Origin: an uncultured Planctomycetia bacterium
Lineage (GTDB): Bacteria; Omnitrophota; Gorgyraeia; Duberdicusellales; 4484-171
Direction of reading: 5' to 3'
DNA length: 56,035 nucleotides
NCBI GenBank assembly: GCA_964547735.1
Contig: CAZJOV010000003.1
Coordinates: 1 to 56,035 of the forward strand
Every line of letters starts with the position of its first letter. The first letter of the stretch is position 1. Positions 44,195-53,138 of this stretch are shown here, piece by piece. The notes under the pieces were generated by a model. The model saw only the letters and a program-made list of their open reading frames with translations, ran no database searches and was not told where the DNA came from. Position numbers and translations under genes: made by a program.

Positions 44195-46153
44195 ATGAAT
44201 TCAGGCCTTTCTTTAGACCTTTATGAACTTACTATGGCTCAGGTATATTTTAAATATCGACCACATACTATTGCTACATTTGACCTTTTTATTCGTTCAC
44301 CTCGCCGACCTTTTTATGTGGCCTGTGGGATAGAGGAAGTATTAGACTTTCTTGAGGGGTTCAGGTTTAAAGAGAAAGAGATTGAGTATCTGGAGAGTTT
44401 AAGACTATTTGATGATGATTTTCTTGAGTATTTAAAAAAATTTAAGTTTCAGGGGACAGTTTTTTCTGTGGAAGAACCAGAGATAGTATTCGCCACAGAG
44501 CCAATTTTGAGAGTTACAGCTAACTTGATTGAAGCCCAAATTATAGAAAGTTTTATCTTAAACAGGATAAATTTAGCTACCACCTTAGCCACCAAAGCAG
44601 CAAGGATAGTTTTTTCTGCTCAGGGGAGGAAGGTTTTTGATTTCTCTTTAAGAAGAACCCAGGGGATAGAAGCTTCTTTAGCTTGTGCTAAGTATTCTTA
44701 TATGGTAGGAGTAGAGGGGACTTCTAACCTTTTAGCCGGTTACTTTTATAAGATTCCTGTGGTAGGAACAATGGCTCATTCTTATGTGATGAGTTTTCCT
44801 CGGGAGATAGAAAGTTTTCTGAAGTTTTCTTATCAGTTTCCTACCAAAAGTATACTTTTGGTGGATACTTATGATGTAAAAAGGGGAATTGCTTCGGCAG
44901 TGAAAGTGGCAAAGTTTTTAAAAAGAAAAGGGGTAGAGCTGGTAGGTATAAGATTAGATAGCGGGAATTTTAAAGAGATTGTTCATTTTGCTCGCCAATT
45001 TTTTGATCGTGAAGGTCTTATTGATGTGATTATTTTTGCTTCCGGCGACTTAGATGAGTATAAGATAAAAGATCTTATTAAGGAGAATGTTCCTGTTGAT
45101 GCTTTTGGGGTAGGAACGAATATGGGATGTTCCTCAGATCTTCCTTTTACCGATGTAATTTATAAGTTGGTAGAGATAAAGGAGAGAAAAAGCCAGTTTA
45201 TTCCTACAATGAAACTTAGCGAAAGGAAATCCACTTATCCTGGACGTAAACAAGTTTTTAGGGTATTAGACAAAGCCGGGAAGATGAAAGAAGATTTTAT
45301 TGGTCTGGAAGATGAAAAGTTAGGGGAGAGATTATTGCATAAAGTTATGGAGAAAGGAAAACGAGTTATTTCTGAGAAAAGTTTGGAGAAAAAAAGAGAA
45401 TTATTCTTTCAAAAAATAAGGGCTTTACCTGAGCCTCTTAAGGATATTACTACCTCTTTTGTTTATCCTGTAAAAATTTCTTCCAAATTGGAAAAGTTGG
45501 CGGTTTCCTTAAGTGAAAAAATAAAAGAGAGAATTAAGGAGAAGATAGTATTTTTTGATATAGATACACAGGCTGATTTCTTAAGTAAAAGAGGAGCTCT
45601 TTATGTTCCCGGTGCTGAAGAGATAATTAAGAATATAAAAAAACTGACCGGTTTAGCCAAAAGAAAAAAAATTCTTATTATCTCTACCCAGGATACACAT
45701 CGTCAAGACGATTCTGAATTTAAAGAATTCCCTCCCCACTGTATAAAAGGAAGTAAAGGGCATAAAAAGATTAAGGAGTCTCTTCTAAAAGATTTTCAGG
45801 TACTCTCTTTCAGAAAGATTTACCCTCGGGAAAGACTGGAAGCATTCATAGAAAAATATCCCCAGATAATCTTGGAAAAGAATACGCTAAGTATTTTTTC
45901 TAATCCTAATATTTCAATCCTTTTAGAAAGTATTTTCCCTGATAGAGTCTATGTATATGGGGTAGTTACTGATTATTGTGTAAAGGAGGCGGTAAAAGGA
46001 TTACTTAAAGAGAACTTTGATGTAGTAATTGTAGAGGATGCGGTAAAGGAGATTTCTCCTCAGGAAAAAGAGAGGCTGTTTGGGATGTGGAAGAAGAAGG
46101 GAGTGAAGTTTTCTCTAACTGAGAAGGTAATAAAGGAACTCGAAGAGCTTTAA
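44195..46153 (+). CDS. pncB: Fusion protein: nicotinate phosphoribosyltransferase (N) plus nicotinamidase/isochorismatase-family (C)
   Basis: aa 1-about 400 are NAPRTase (DLYELTMAQVYF, GTMAHSYVMSF, GIRLDSG, FGVGTN). aa 451-650 are PncA-like (FFDIDTQADF, QDTH ... PPHC metal site, catalytic Cys in VTDYCV). Confidence 0.88.
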   Translation: MNSGLSLDLYELTMAQVYFKYRPHTIATFDLFIRSPRRPFYVACGIEEVLDFLEGFRFKEKEIEYLESLRLFDDDFLEYLKKFKFQGTVFSVEEPEIVFATEPILRVTANLIEAQIIESFILNRINLATTLATKAARIVFSAQGRKVFDFSLRRTQGIEASLACAKYSYMVGVEGTSNLLAGYFYKIPVVGTMAHSYVMSFPREIESFLKFSYQFPTKSILLVDTYDVKRGIASAVKVAKFLKRKGVELVGIRLDSGNFKEIVHFARQFFDREGLIDVIIFASGDLDEYKIKDLIKENVPVDAFGVGTNMGCSSDLPFTDVIYKLVEIKERKSQFIPTMKLSERKSTYPGRKQVFRVLDKAGKMKEDFIGLEDEKLGERLLHKVMEKGKRVISEKSLEKKRELFFQKIRALPEPLKDITTSFVYPVKISSKLEKLAVSLSEKIKERIKEKIVFFDIDTQADFLSKRGALYVPGAEEIIKNIKKLTGLAKRKKILIISTQDTHRQDDSEFKEFPPHCIKGSKGHKKIKESLLKDFQVLSFRKIYPRERLEAFIEKYPQIILEKNTLSIFSNPNISILLESIFPDRVYVYGVVTDYCVKEAVKGLLKENFDVVIVEDAVKEISPQEKERLFGMWKKKGVKFSLTEKVIKELEEL

Positions 46154-46182
46154 TTGACATTCCTTTATTTTTGTGTTATCTT
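46154..46182 (+). promoter_or_regulatory. Sigma70-type promoter for the proC-to-aroA unit, leaderless or near-leaderless
   Basis: TTGACA starts 1 nt after the upstream TAA. A 17-nt spacer, then TGT-TATCTT (46177-82). ATG 46194 lies 11 nt downstream with no SD. Confidence 0.5.
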
Positions 46183-46193
46183 AATCCCTTCTT

Positions 46194-46973
46194 ATGGAGA
46201 AAAGATTAACAATTATTGGCTGGGGAAATATGGGTTCTTCCTTAGGAGAGATTTTTGCCTCCCGAGGCTGGAAGATATTTTCTTACGATAAGGATAAGAA
46301 AAAACTGGCAAGAAAAAAAAATATATTTGTCTGTAAAAGTTTACAAGAGGCGATTCGCTCCTCTAAGGTTATTCTTGTGGCGATAAAACCTCAGGATATT
46401 TCTTCGTTTTTGAAGGAGGTAGAAGTAGTTTCTCCTTCTTCTCTTTTCATAAGTATTGCTGCCGGAGTATCCACCAAATTTTTTGAGAAAAAGTTAAATG
46501 TAAAAGTTGTAAGGGTAATGCCCAATCTGGCGGTTAAAAAAAGAGCAGCAATTTCTTTTATTTGTGGAGGAGAAAAAGCAGGAAAGAAAGATTTAAAATT
46601 GGTAGGAGATATATTTTCTTTGGTAGGAGAGGTGGTATTTGTGGAGGAGAAATGGTTAGATAAGGTTACGGCTATTTCAGGAAGTGGCCCTGGATATCTT
46701 TATTATCTTCTTCATCTTTTCTATAAATCTACTCTCTCCTTAGGGTTCAAAAAAATATTAGCAAAAAGAATGGTAGAAAAGACTTTTTGGGGAGCAATGA
46801 AGGTGATTGAGAATTCTTCTTTGGATTTTAAAGAGTGGTTTGATAAAGTTGCTTCTCGAGGAGGAACCACTCAGGCAGCAGTAAATTTCTGGGAGGAGAA
46901 CAAAATGGGGGAGATTATTAAAGGAGGAATAAAAAGAGCAGTAAAGAGAGCAAAGGAGTTAAGCCTGAAATGA
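46194..46973 (+). CDS. proC: Pyrroline-5-carboxylate reductase
   Basis: Rossmann IIGWGNMGSSL, MPNLAV, SGSGPGYLYYL and RGGTTQAA. Confidence 0.9.
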   Translation: MEKRLTIIGWGNMGSSLGEIFASRGWKIFSYDKDKKKLARKKNIFVCKSLQEAIRSSKVILVAIKPQDISSFLKEVEVVSPSSLFISIAAGVSTKFFEKKLNVKVVRVMPNLAVKKRAAISFICGGEKAGKKDLKLVGDIFSLVGEVVFVEEKWLDKVTAISGSGPGYLYYLLHLFYKSTLSLGFKKILAKRMVEKTFWGAMKVIENSSLDFKEWFDKVASRGGTTQAAVNFWEENKMGEIIKGGIKRAVKRAKELSLK

Positions 46974-47806
46974 TTAAAGACCTTATCTCCAGCTTCAATC
47001 CTTCCTCTTACAGAAAGCTGGTCTTTTACCCCTTGAAACGAAGTCTTCTTTTCCTTTTTATTTTTATTATCTTTATAAGTGGTCTGATGGCTTTCTTTTC
47101 TAATGTAAAAATAGGAAAGATATTGCCTAAGTTTGAATCTTTCTTGAAGGAAAAATTTCATTATTTAATTTATGACCTTCCTCCTATAGAGATAAAAGAA
47201 GGAAAATTAATTTATCCTAAGAAGGTTTATTTGAAAAAATGGAATAATGGATTTGTGTTTTTAATCAGGCCAGATGATGATTCTTCGTCTCTGGGAAAAT
47301 ATCGCAATGTTCTACTTATTGCTCAGAAAAACATCTTTCTTAAGTGGGAGGAACAAGATGAGATAAGAATTAAAAAATTTCCTTTAAGAGAGATAAAATA
47401 TTTAAAGATTGAAGCAAAAAATGATTCTCTTTATTTTAAAAGTATGCAGAAAGAATTCGTAATTACTTCTTCCTCAATAGGAGAGTTTTTTAAGAAACTT
47501 TCTTTCTTTCTTTACCCTTTTCTTTTTCTGTTGTTTTTTTCCTGGTACGCATTTACAAAACCTGCTTATATCTTTCTTTTTAGTATATTTTCTGTGATTT
47601 TCTCTCAAAAATTAGGGGTAAAACTTTTTTATAAAAATATATTCAACCTTGGCATCTATGCTAACGTTCTTCCTACATCTTTAGCTTTATTAAAAGAAGC
47701 TTTAGGGATGAATATTCCTTTTTTCTGGGCAATATATTCCTTTATCTATCTCCTTTTTCTTCATCAGGTAATAAAAATGTTTAAGGAGGCAAAATGGAGC
47801 GGATAG
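46970..47806 (+). CDS. Hypothetical polytopic membrane protein (DUF1189-like architecture)
   Basis: One N-terminal TM, an about 130 aa soluble loop, then 4-5 TM helices. I recognise no catalytic motif. ATGA overlap with proC. Confidence 0.6.
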   Translation: MIKDLISSFNPSSYRKLVFYPLKRSLLFLFIFIIFISGLMAFFSNVKIGKILPKFESFLKEKFHYLIYDLPPIEIKEGKLIYPKKVYLKKWNNGFVFLIRPDDDSSSLGKYRNVLLIAQKNIFLKWEEQDEIRIKKFPLREIKYLKIEAKNDSLYFKSMQKEFVITSSSIGEFFKKLSFFLYPFLFLLFFSWYAFTKPAYIFLFSIFSVIFSQKLGVKLFYKNIFNLGIYANVLPTSLALLKEALGMNIPFFWAIYSFIYLLFLHQVIKMFKEAKWSG

Positions 47807-48651
47807 GAATTATTGGTGGAAGTGGACTTTATAATTTGGAAGGGGTAAAGATAAAAAAGATGATAAGACTTTCTACCCCTTTTGGTAAGCCTTCTGACTG
47901 TTTTATTTTAGCAGAATTTGAAGGAAGAGAGATTGTGTTTTTGCCTCGGCATGGACGCTCTCATAGGATATCTCCTTCTTCTATTAATTACCGTGCCAAC
48001 ATTTATGGGATGAAAAAATTAGGTGTGGGCTGGATTATATCTGTGAGTGCCTGCGGATCTTTAAAAGAGGAGCTTAAACCTTTAGATTTTGTTATACCTT
48101 TACAGTTTATTGATCGCACAAATCAGGCACGCAAATATACATTTTTTGATAAAGGAATCGTGGTCCATATCAGTTTTTCTCATCCTATCTGTGAGAATTT
48201 AGCTGAAAAACTTAAAATAGCTTCTCAAAAAGTGGGAGTTAATCTTCATTGGGGAGGAGTTTATCTTAATATGGAAGGACCTCAGTTTTCAACCTTGGCA
48301 GAGTCTAATCTCTATCGTCGGTGGGGAGCAGATATTATTGGGATGACGAATTTAGCAGAAGCGCGACTGGCAAGAGAAGCAGAAATTTGTTATGCCACAT
48401 TGGCGGCGGTAACCGATTATGACTGCTGGCATCCTCAGCATGATAGTGTAACCGCACAGATGGTAATCGATAACCTTTTAAAAAATGTAGAGAGAGCGAA
48501 AATGATTCTTAAAGAAGTTATTCCTTTGATAGAGAAAGAGAGGAGTTGTAAATGTAAGGATGCCTTAAAAGATGCTTTAGTTACCTCCAGAAAGGCTATT
48601 TCTTTACTCACGAAAAAAAGATTAAAACTTTTAATTGGGAAGTATCTTTAA
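47794..48651 (+). CDS. mtnP: S-methyl-5'-thioadenosine phosphorylase
   Basis: PNP/MTAP family: IGIIGGSGLY, LPRHGRSH, ADIIGMTN, and the C-terminal CWH region. Confidence 0.9.
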   Translation: MERIGIIGGSGLYNLEGVKIKKMIRLSTPFGKPSDCFILAEFEGREIVFLPRHGRSHRISPSSINYRANIYGMKKLGVGWIISVSACGSLKEELKPLDFVIPLQFIDRTNQARKYTFFDKGIVVHISFSHPICENLAEKLKIASQKVGVNLHWGGVYLNMEGPQFSTLAESNLYRRWGADIIGMTNLAEARLAREAEICYATLAAVTDYDCWHPQHDSVTAQMVIDNLLKNVERAKMILKEVIPLIEKERSCKCKDALKDALVTSRKAISLLTKKRLKLLIGKYL

Positions 48652-48653
48652 AG

Positions 48654-51419
48654 ATGAAGGATTACAAAAATACCTTGAATCTACCTTCCACTTCTTTTTC
48701 TATGAGGGCTAATCTTAAAGATTTGGAGCCCAAAATATTGGGATATTGGGAAAAGATAGGGATTTATTATCGATTGAGAGAAAAAAATAAAGGAAAGAAA
48801 AAGTTTATTCTCCATGACGGTCCTCCTTACGCTAACGGTCCTATTCATATCGGTCATGCGTTGAACAAAATTTTGAAAGATATAATCATAAAGTTTAAAT
48901 TTATGCAGGGAGAGGATGCTCCCTTTATCTGTGGGTGGGACTGCCACGGTCTCCCTGTGGAACATTCTCTTTTTAAAAAACTTAATCAGACAAAACATGA
49001 TGTGGAAGTGGTGGATTTTAGAGAAAAGGCAAAAAATTTTGCTTTGGAATTTGTGGAAAAACAAAGAAAAGATTTTGTTCGCTTGGGTGTATTTAGCGAT
49101 TGGGATAATCCTTATCTCACTCTATATCCTGAATATGAGTATGGTGTAGTTAAACTTTTAGCTCAACTTGTAGAGAAAGGGTATATTTATCGGGGACTTA
49201 AGCCGGTTAACTGGTGTTGTCACTGCGAGACAGCATTAGCGGAGGCAGAGGTTGAGTATTTGGAGAAGGAATCACATTCCTTATATGTATTTTTTAAAGT
49301 TTTAGATAAAGAAATCTTTCCTTTTAAAGACGATATTTATTTTCTTATCTGGACTACTACTCCTTGGACACTTATTTCTAATGTTGCTGTTGCTCTCCAT
49401 CCTAAGTTTGAATATGTTTTGGTTAAATTAAAGAATAAGCTGGTGATTCTACTTAAAGACCTACTTGCCTCTTTAGAGGAGAAGTTGAATAAAAAAGCTG
49501 ATGTTTTGGAGTCATTTTTAGGAGAAAAGTTAGAAGGAATAAACTTAAAACATCCTTTCTTGGAAAGAAATTCAGTGGTAGTTTTAGCTGATTTTGTCTC
49601 AGCTTCTCAAGGGACAGGATGTGTTCATATTGCTCCTGGACATGGAGAAGAAGATTTTTCTCTGACAAAAAAATATAACTTAAAGATAATTATGCCTGTA
49701 GATGAGAAAGGAAAATTTAGGTGTGTGGATGAAAGGTTTGAAGGTAAAAGTATTGATGAAGCCTCATTGCAGGTAATAGAGGAATTAAAAAAGAAAGAAA
49801 ATCTGTTATATTATGAGAAAATAACCCATCTTTATCCTCACTGCTGGAGATGTAAAACCCCAGTAATCTTTAGAGCTACATATCAGTGGTTTCTTGATAT
49901 AGAACATTTTAATTTAAGAGAAAGGTTGATTGAGGAGATAAAAAAAGTAAAGTGGGTTCCTTCCGAGGGAGAGGTAAGGATAAGAAGTATGATTGAGGAA
50001 AGACCCGACTGGTGTCTTTCTCGGCAAAGACTCTGGGGAGTCCCTATTCCTGCAGTAAGATGTAAAAATTGTGGTGCCGTGATTTTAGATAAGGAGATAA
50101 TAGAGAAGACCGCTCAGATCTTTAGAGAAGAAGGTTCAGATAGCTGGTTTAAGAAAGAGATAAAGGAATTCATCCCTTCTCATTTTTTATGCCCTTCCTG
50201 TAAAAGTAAAGATTTCATAAAGGAGAAAGATATATTGGATGTATGGTTTGAGTCCGGAGCAAGTTTTTTATCTGTGGTAAAAAACCATCCTGAACTTGAA
50301 TTTCCCTCTCATATGTATCTTGAGGGAAGCGATCAGCATCGAGGCTGGTTCCAGGTTTCTTTAATTCCGGCACTTATCAGTGAAGGGAGAGCTCCTTTCA
50401 GAATTGTGCTTACTCATGGATTTGTAGTGGATGAGGAAGGAAGAAAAATGTCTAAGTCTTTGGGGAATGTTATCTCTCCTCAAGAGATTATCAAAAGTTA
50501 CGGAGCAGAGATTTTAAGACTGTGGTGTGCTTATACTGATTACACCGAAGATGTAAAGATTTCAATAAATATTTTAAAACAATTGGTAGATATTTATCGT
50601 AAGATAAGAAACACCCTGAGATTTATTTTGGGAAATTTATATGATTTTTCTCCTCAAGAGAAGTTAGACTATTTTTCTCTGAGAGAAACCGATAGATATA
50701 TAATTGCAAAGACGACCTGTTTTTACAAGGAGGTATTAAAGGAGTATGAAGAGTTTAACTTTTATAGAGTCACCCAGAAGATATTCAACTTCTGCAATTT
50801 AGATTTAAGTTCTTTTTACCTTGACATTTTAAAAGACAGGCTATATACTTATGCGAAAAAATCAAAAGAAAGACTTTCAGCACAGACCGCTCTTTATTAT
50901 ATTTTGGAAAGACTTGTTAAATTAATTGCTCCTATTTTGAGTTTTACCGCAGAGGAATGTTTTTTATCCTTTCCTGGATGGGGGAAGAGGAAAGATTCTA
51001 TCTATCTTTATGAATTTGAAGAGAATTTTTATCCTGAGTATGAAGATAGGCAAATTTTGGAAAAATGGGAGAAGATTTTGCTTTTAAGAGAGAGTGTTTT
51101 AAAAGAAATAGAAAGAAAAAGAGAGGAAGGTTTGATTGGTAGTTCTCTCGAGGCAGAGATTGTAATTTGTGCTGATAGTGATAAGCTCTATTTCTTGAAG
51201 GAGTATGAGGATATATTAAGAGAGGTATTTATTGTCTCTTCAGTAAAAGTGAAAGAAGGGAAGTTCTCTGTAGAGGTAAATAAAGCCAAAGGTAGTAAGT
51301 GCTCAAGATGCTGGAACTACAAGGAAGAGGTAGGCAAAGATAAAGAGTTCCCTCAGCTTTGCCAAAGATGTATATCTATAATAAAAGGAGGAGAAGATGA
51401 GAAAGAAAAAAACAGTTAG
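48654..51419 (+). CDS. ileS: Isoleucyl-tRNA synthetase (type 1)
   Basis: HDGPPYANGPIHIGHALNK (HIGH), KMSKSLGN, the CP1 editing domain, and C-terminal zinc finger CSRCWNY ... CQRC. Confidence 0.96.
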   Translation: MKDYKNTLNLPSTSFSMRANLKDLEPKILGYWEKIGIYYRLREKNKGKKKFILHDGPPYANGPIHIGHALNKILKDIIIKFKFMQGEDAPFICGWDCHGLPVEHSLFKKLNQTKHDVEVVDFREKAKNFALEFVEKQRKDFVRLGVFSDWDNPYLTLYPEYEYGVVKLLAQLVEKGYIYRGLKPVNWCCHCETALAEAEVEYLEKESHSLYVFFKVLDKEIFPFKDDIYFLIWTTTPWTLISNVAVALHPKFEYVLVKLKNKLVILLKDLLASLEEKLNKKADVLESFLGEKLEGINLKHPFLERNSVVVLADFVSASQGTGCVHIAPGHGEEDFSLTKKYNLKIIMPVDEKGKFRCVDERFEGKSIDEASLQVIEELKKKENLLYYEKITHLYPHCWRCKTPVIFRATYQWFLDIEHFNLRERLIEEIKKVKWVPSEGEVRIRSMIEERPDWCLSRQRLWGVPIPAVRCKNCGAVILDKEIIEKTAQIFREEGSDSWFKKEIKEFIPSHFLCPSCKSKDFIKEKDILDVWFESGASFLSVVKNHPELEFPSHMYLEGSDQHRGWFQVSLIPALISEGRAPFRIVLTHGFVVDEEGRKMSKSLGNVISPQEIIKSYGAEILRLWCAYTDYTEDVKISINILKQLVDIYRKIRNTLRFILGNLYDFSPQEKLDYFSLRETDRYIIAKTTCFYKEVLKEYEEFNFYRVTQKIFNFCNLDLSSFYLDILKDRLYTYAKKSKERLSAQTALYYILERLVKLIAPILSFTAEECFLSFPGWGKRKDSIYLYEFEENFYPEYEDRQILEKWEKILLLRESVLKEIERKREEGLIGSSLEAEIVICADSDKLYFLKEYEDILREVFIVSSVKVKEGKFSVEVNKAKGSKCSRCWNYKEEVGKDKEFPQLCQRCISIIKGGEDEKEKNS

Positions 51420-51837
51420 GAAATCGACGAAATTGAAGAGTAGAACAAAGAAAAAGTTGACTAAAAAGGAACTGAATTATTATAAAGAGAAACTTCTTAA
51501 TTTAAGAGAGGAAATCTTTGCCCAAATGCAGGATTTATCCCAAGAAACTTTGAGGCGTTCTCAAAAAGATATCTCCGGAGATATCTCCGGATACTCTTTA
51601 CATATGGCGGATGTGGCCTCTGATAATTATGAGAGAGAATTTAGCCTGAGTCTGGTTTCTAATGAGAGAAAAATTATTATGGAGATAGAGGAGGCTTTAA
51701 AAAGAATCGAAGATAAAAAATATGGAGTTTGTCTTATGTGCGAGAAAAATATAGCCAAAAGAAGATTGGAGGTTATCCCTTACGCTCGTTATTGTAAGCG
51801 CTGTCAGGAAAAATTAGAAAAGGAGAGTAAAATATAG
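51397..51837 (+). CDS. dksA: DksA/TraR-family C4 zinc-finger protein with lysine-rich N-terminal extension
   Basis: Coiled-coil region ADVASDNYEREFSLSL followed by CLMC-x17-CKRC. Located between ileS and lspA. Confidence 0.85.
   Translation: MRKKKTVRKSTKLKSRTKKKLTKKELNYYKEKLLNLREEIFAQMQDLSQETLRRSQKDISGDISGYSLHMADVASDNYEREFSLSLVSNERKIIMEIEEALKRIEDKKYGVCLMCEKNIAKRRLEVIPYARYCKRCQEKLEKESKI
51568..51591 (+). repeat. Perfect 12-bp tandem duplication (GATATCTCCGGA x2) inside dksA
   Basis: Read directly. It encodes DISG-DISG and contains the 18-bp perfect palindrome TCCGGAGATATCTCCGGA (51574-51591). Confidence 0.9.
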
Positions 51838-52251
51838 ATTGATGGGGTAATAATACTTTATGCTCTTTCTATATTTTTTATTGAATTATGGATAAAGAAT
51901 TTTTTAAAAAATTATCCCTTCCTAAATTTTCCTTTAATAAATGTGGTATTTAATAAGGGGATTGCCTTTGGTCTTTTTAAAGAATATGCCCCTTTCTTAA
52001 TCTATTTAATTATTCCTTTTTTCTTTCTGGTTTTTTATTTTATAAAGAGAGAAAAAAAACTTCTCTTTTCTTCAAAGATGGCTTATGGGTTGATTATAGG
52101 AGGGGCTTCCTCCAACCTTTTTGACCGTCTGGTTTATGGATACGTAATAGACTATATAGATATAAAAGTATGGCCGATATTTAATCTTGCTGATGCAGCA
52201 ATTACTACAGGGGTGGCAATCTTAATTTTGAACTCTTTTCGTTCTCGATGA
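51838..52251 (+). CDS. lspA: Lipoprotein signal peptidase (signal peptidase II); start codon uncertain, probably non-canonical ATT
   Basis: NKGIAFGLF, GGASSNLFDRL and FNLADAAIT motifs. TM1 plus the E-x-x-x-K segment are encoded at 51838-51942, upstream of the only GTG (51943). The frame is open back to the dksA TAG, and AAGGAG lies at 51820-51825. Confidence 0.75.
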   Translation: MDGVIILYALSIFFIELWIKNFLKNYPFLNFPLINVVFNKGIAFGLFKEYAPFLIYLIIPFFFLVFYFIKREKKLLFSSKMAYGLIIGGASSNLFDRLVYGYVIDYIDIKVWPIFNLADAAITTGVAILILNSFRSR

Positions 52252-53138
52252 AAAAGATGTTTAAAATAGGTTTAAAAGATGAAGGAAAAAGACTGGATAA
52301 ATTTCTCTCTCAAAAGATGAAGTTTTTGTCCCGCACAAGGATAAAAGAACTTATTAAGGAAAGATTTATCTTGGTGAATGAAGAAAGAAAGGAGCCCAGT
52401 TATGCCCTTAAAGTAGAGGATACAATTAAAGTTGAGATTCCTTCTCAAAAGAAACATTTAGCTTCTTTTTTTTATCCTGTAGAGATTATCTATGAGGATG
52501 AGGAGGTAATTGTAGTAAACAAACCTCAAGGATTAGTGGTTCATCCTCCACGTAGTGATTATTCATCCACCCTGGTTGGAGCCCTTCTTACTTTAAAAAA
52601 AAGATTGTCTGGTATAAATCCCTTAAGGAGAGGTGTTGTTCATCGGTTAGATAAGGAGACTTCCGGAGTTATGGTTTTGGCAAAGACAAATTTTTCCCAT
52701 CTTAATCTGGTAAAGCAATTTCAGGAAAGAAAGGTAAAAAAGGAGTACCGAGCAATAGTGTGGGGTGCTTTTGGAGAGAGGATGAAGATAGATTTACCGA
52801 TAAAGAGAGATGAGAAGGTTCCTTTGAAGATGAAGGTAGGTTTTTTTAAAGCAAAGGAGGCTCTTACCCAGATAAATGTGCTTAAGAAGGGAAAAAATTT
52901 TTCTTATCTTTCTATTCAGCTTATTACAGGAAGGACTCACCAGATACGTGTGCATTTAAGCTTTTTAGGATATCCTGTTGTAGGAGATAAAAAATATGGT
53001 GCAAAAGGTGATAACTATAAGAGATTGCTTCTTCATTCTTATTCTTTGGGGTTTTATCATCCTTCCACAGGGAAGTTTTTGGAATTCACCTGTAACTTAC
53101 CGGAATATTTTTCGAAGTTCTTAAGAGAAAATGTATGA
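52248..53138 (+). CDS. rluD: 23S rRNA pseudouridine synthase, RluA family (RluD-like)
   Basis: S4 domain N-terminus, catalytic HRLDKETSGVMVLAK, and GRTHQIRVH. Confidence 0.92.
   Translation: MKKMFKIGLKDEGKRLDKFLSQKMKFLSRTRIKELIKERFILVNEERKEPSYALKVEDTIKVEIPSQKKHLASFFYPVEIIYEDEEVIVVNKPQGLVVHPPRSDYSSTLVGALLTLKKRLSGINPLRRGVVHRLDKETSGVMVLAKTNFSHLNLVKQFQERKVKKEYRAIVWGAFGERMKIDLPIKRDEKVPLKMKVGFFKAKEALTQINVLKKGKNFSYLSIQLITGRTHQIRVHLSFLGYPVVGDKKYGAKGDNYKRLLLHSYSLGFYHPSTGKFLEFTCNLPEYFSKFLRENV

Noticed and set aside
51835-51837. Stop-codon reassignment (TAG or TGA sense) as an explanation for the in-frame dksA-TAG-lspA arrangement.
   Set aside because: TAG terminates several other genes at the expected length (fchA, the FAD protein, dnaE, the LysM protein, apgM). 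TGA ends many genes at ATGA junctions. The window is therefore consistent with the standard bacterial code.
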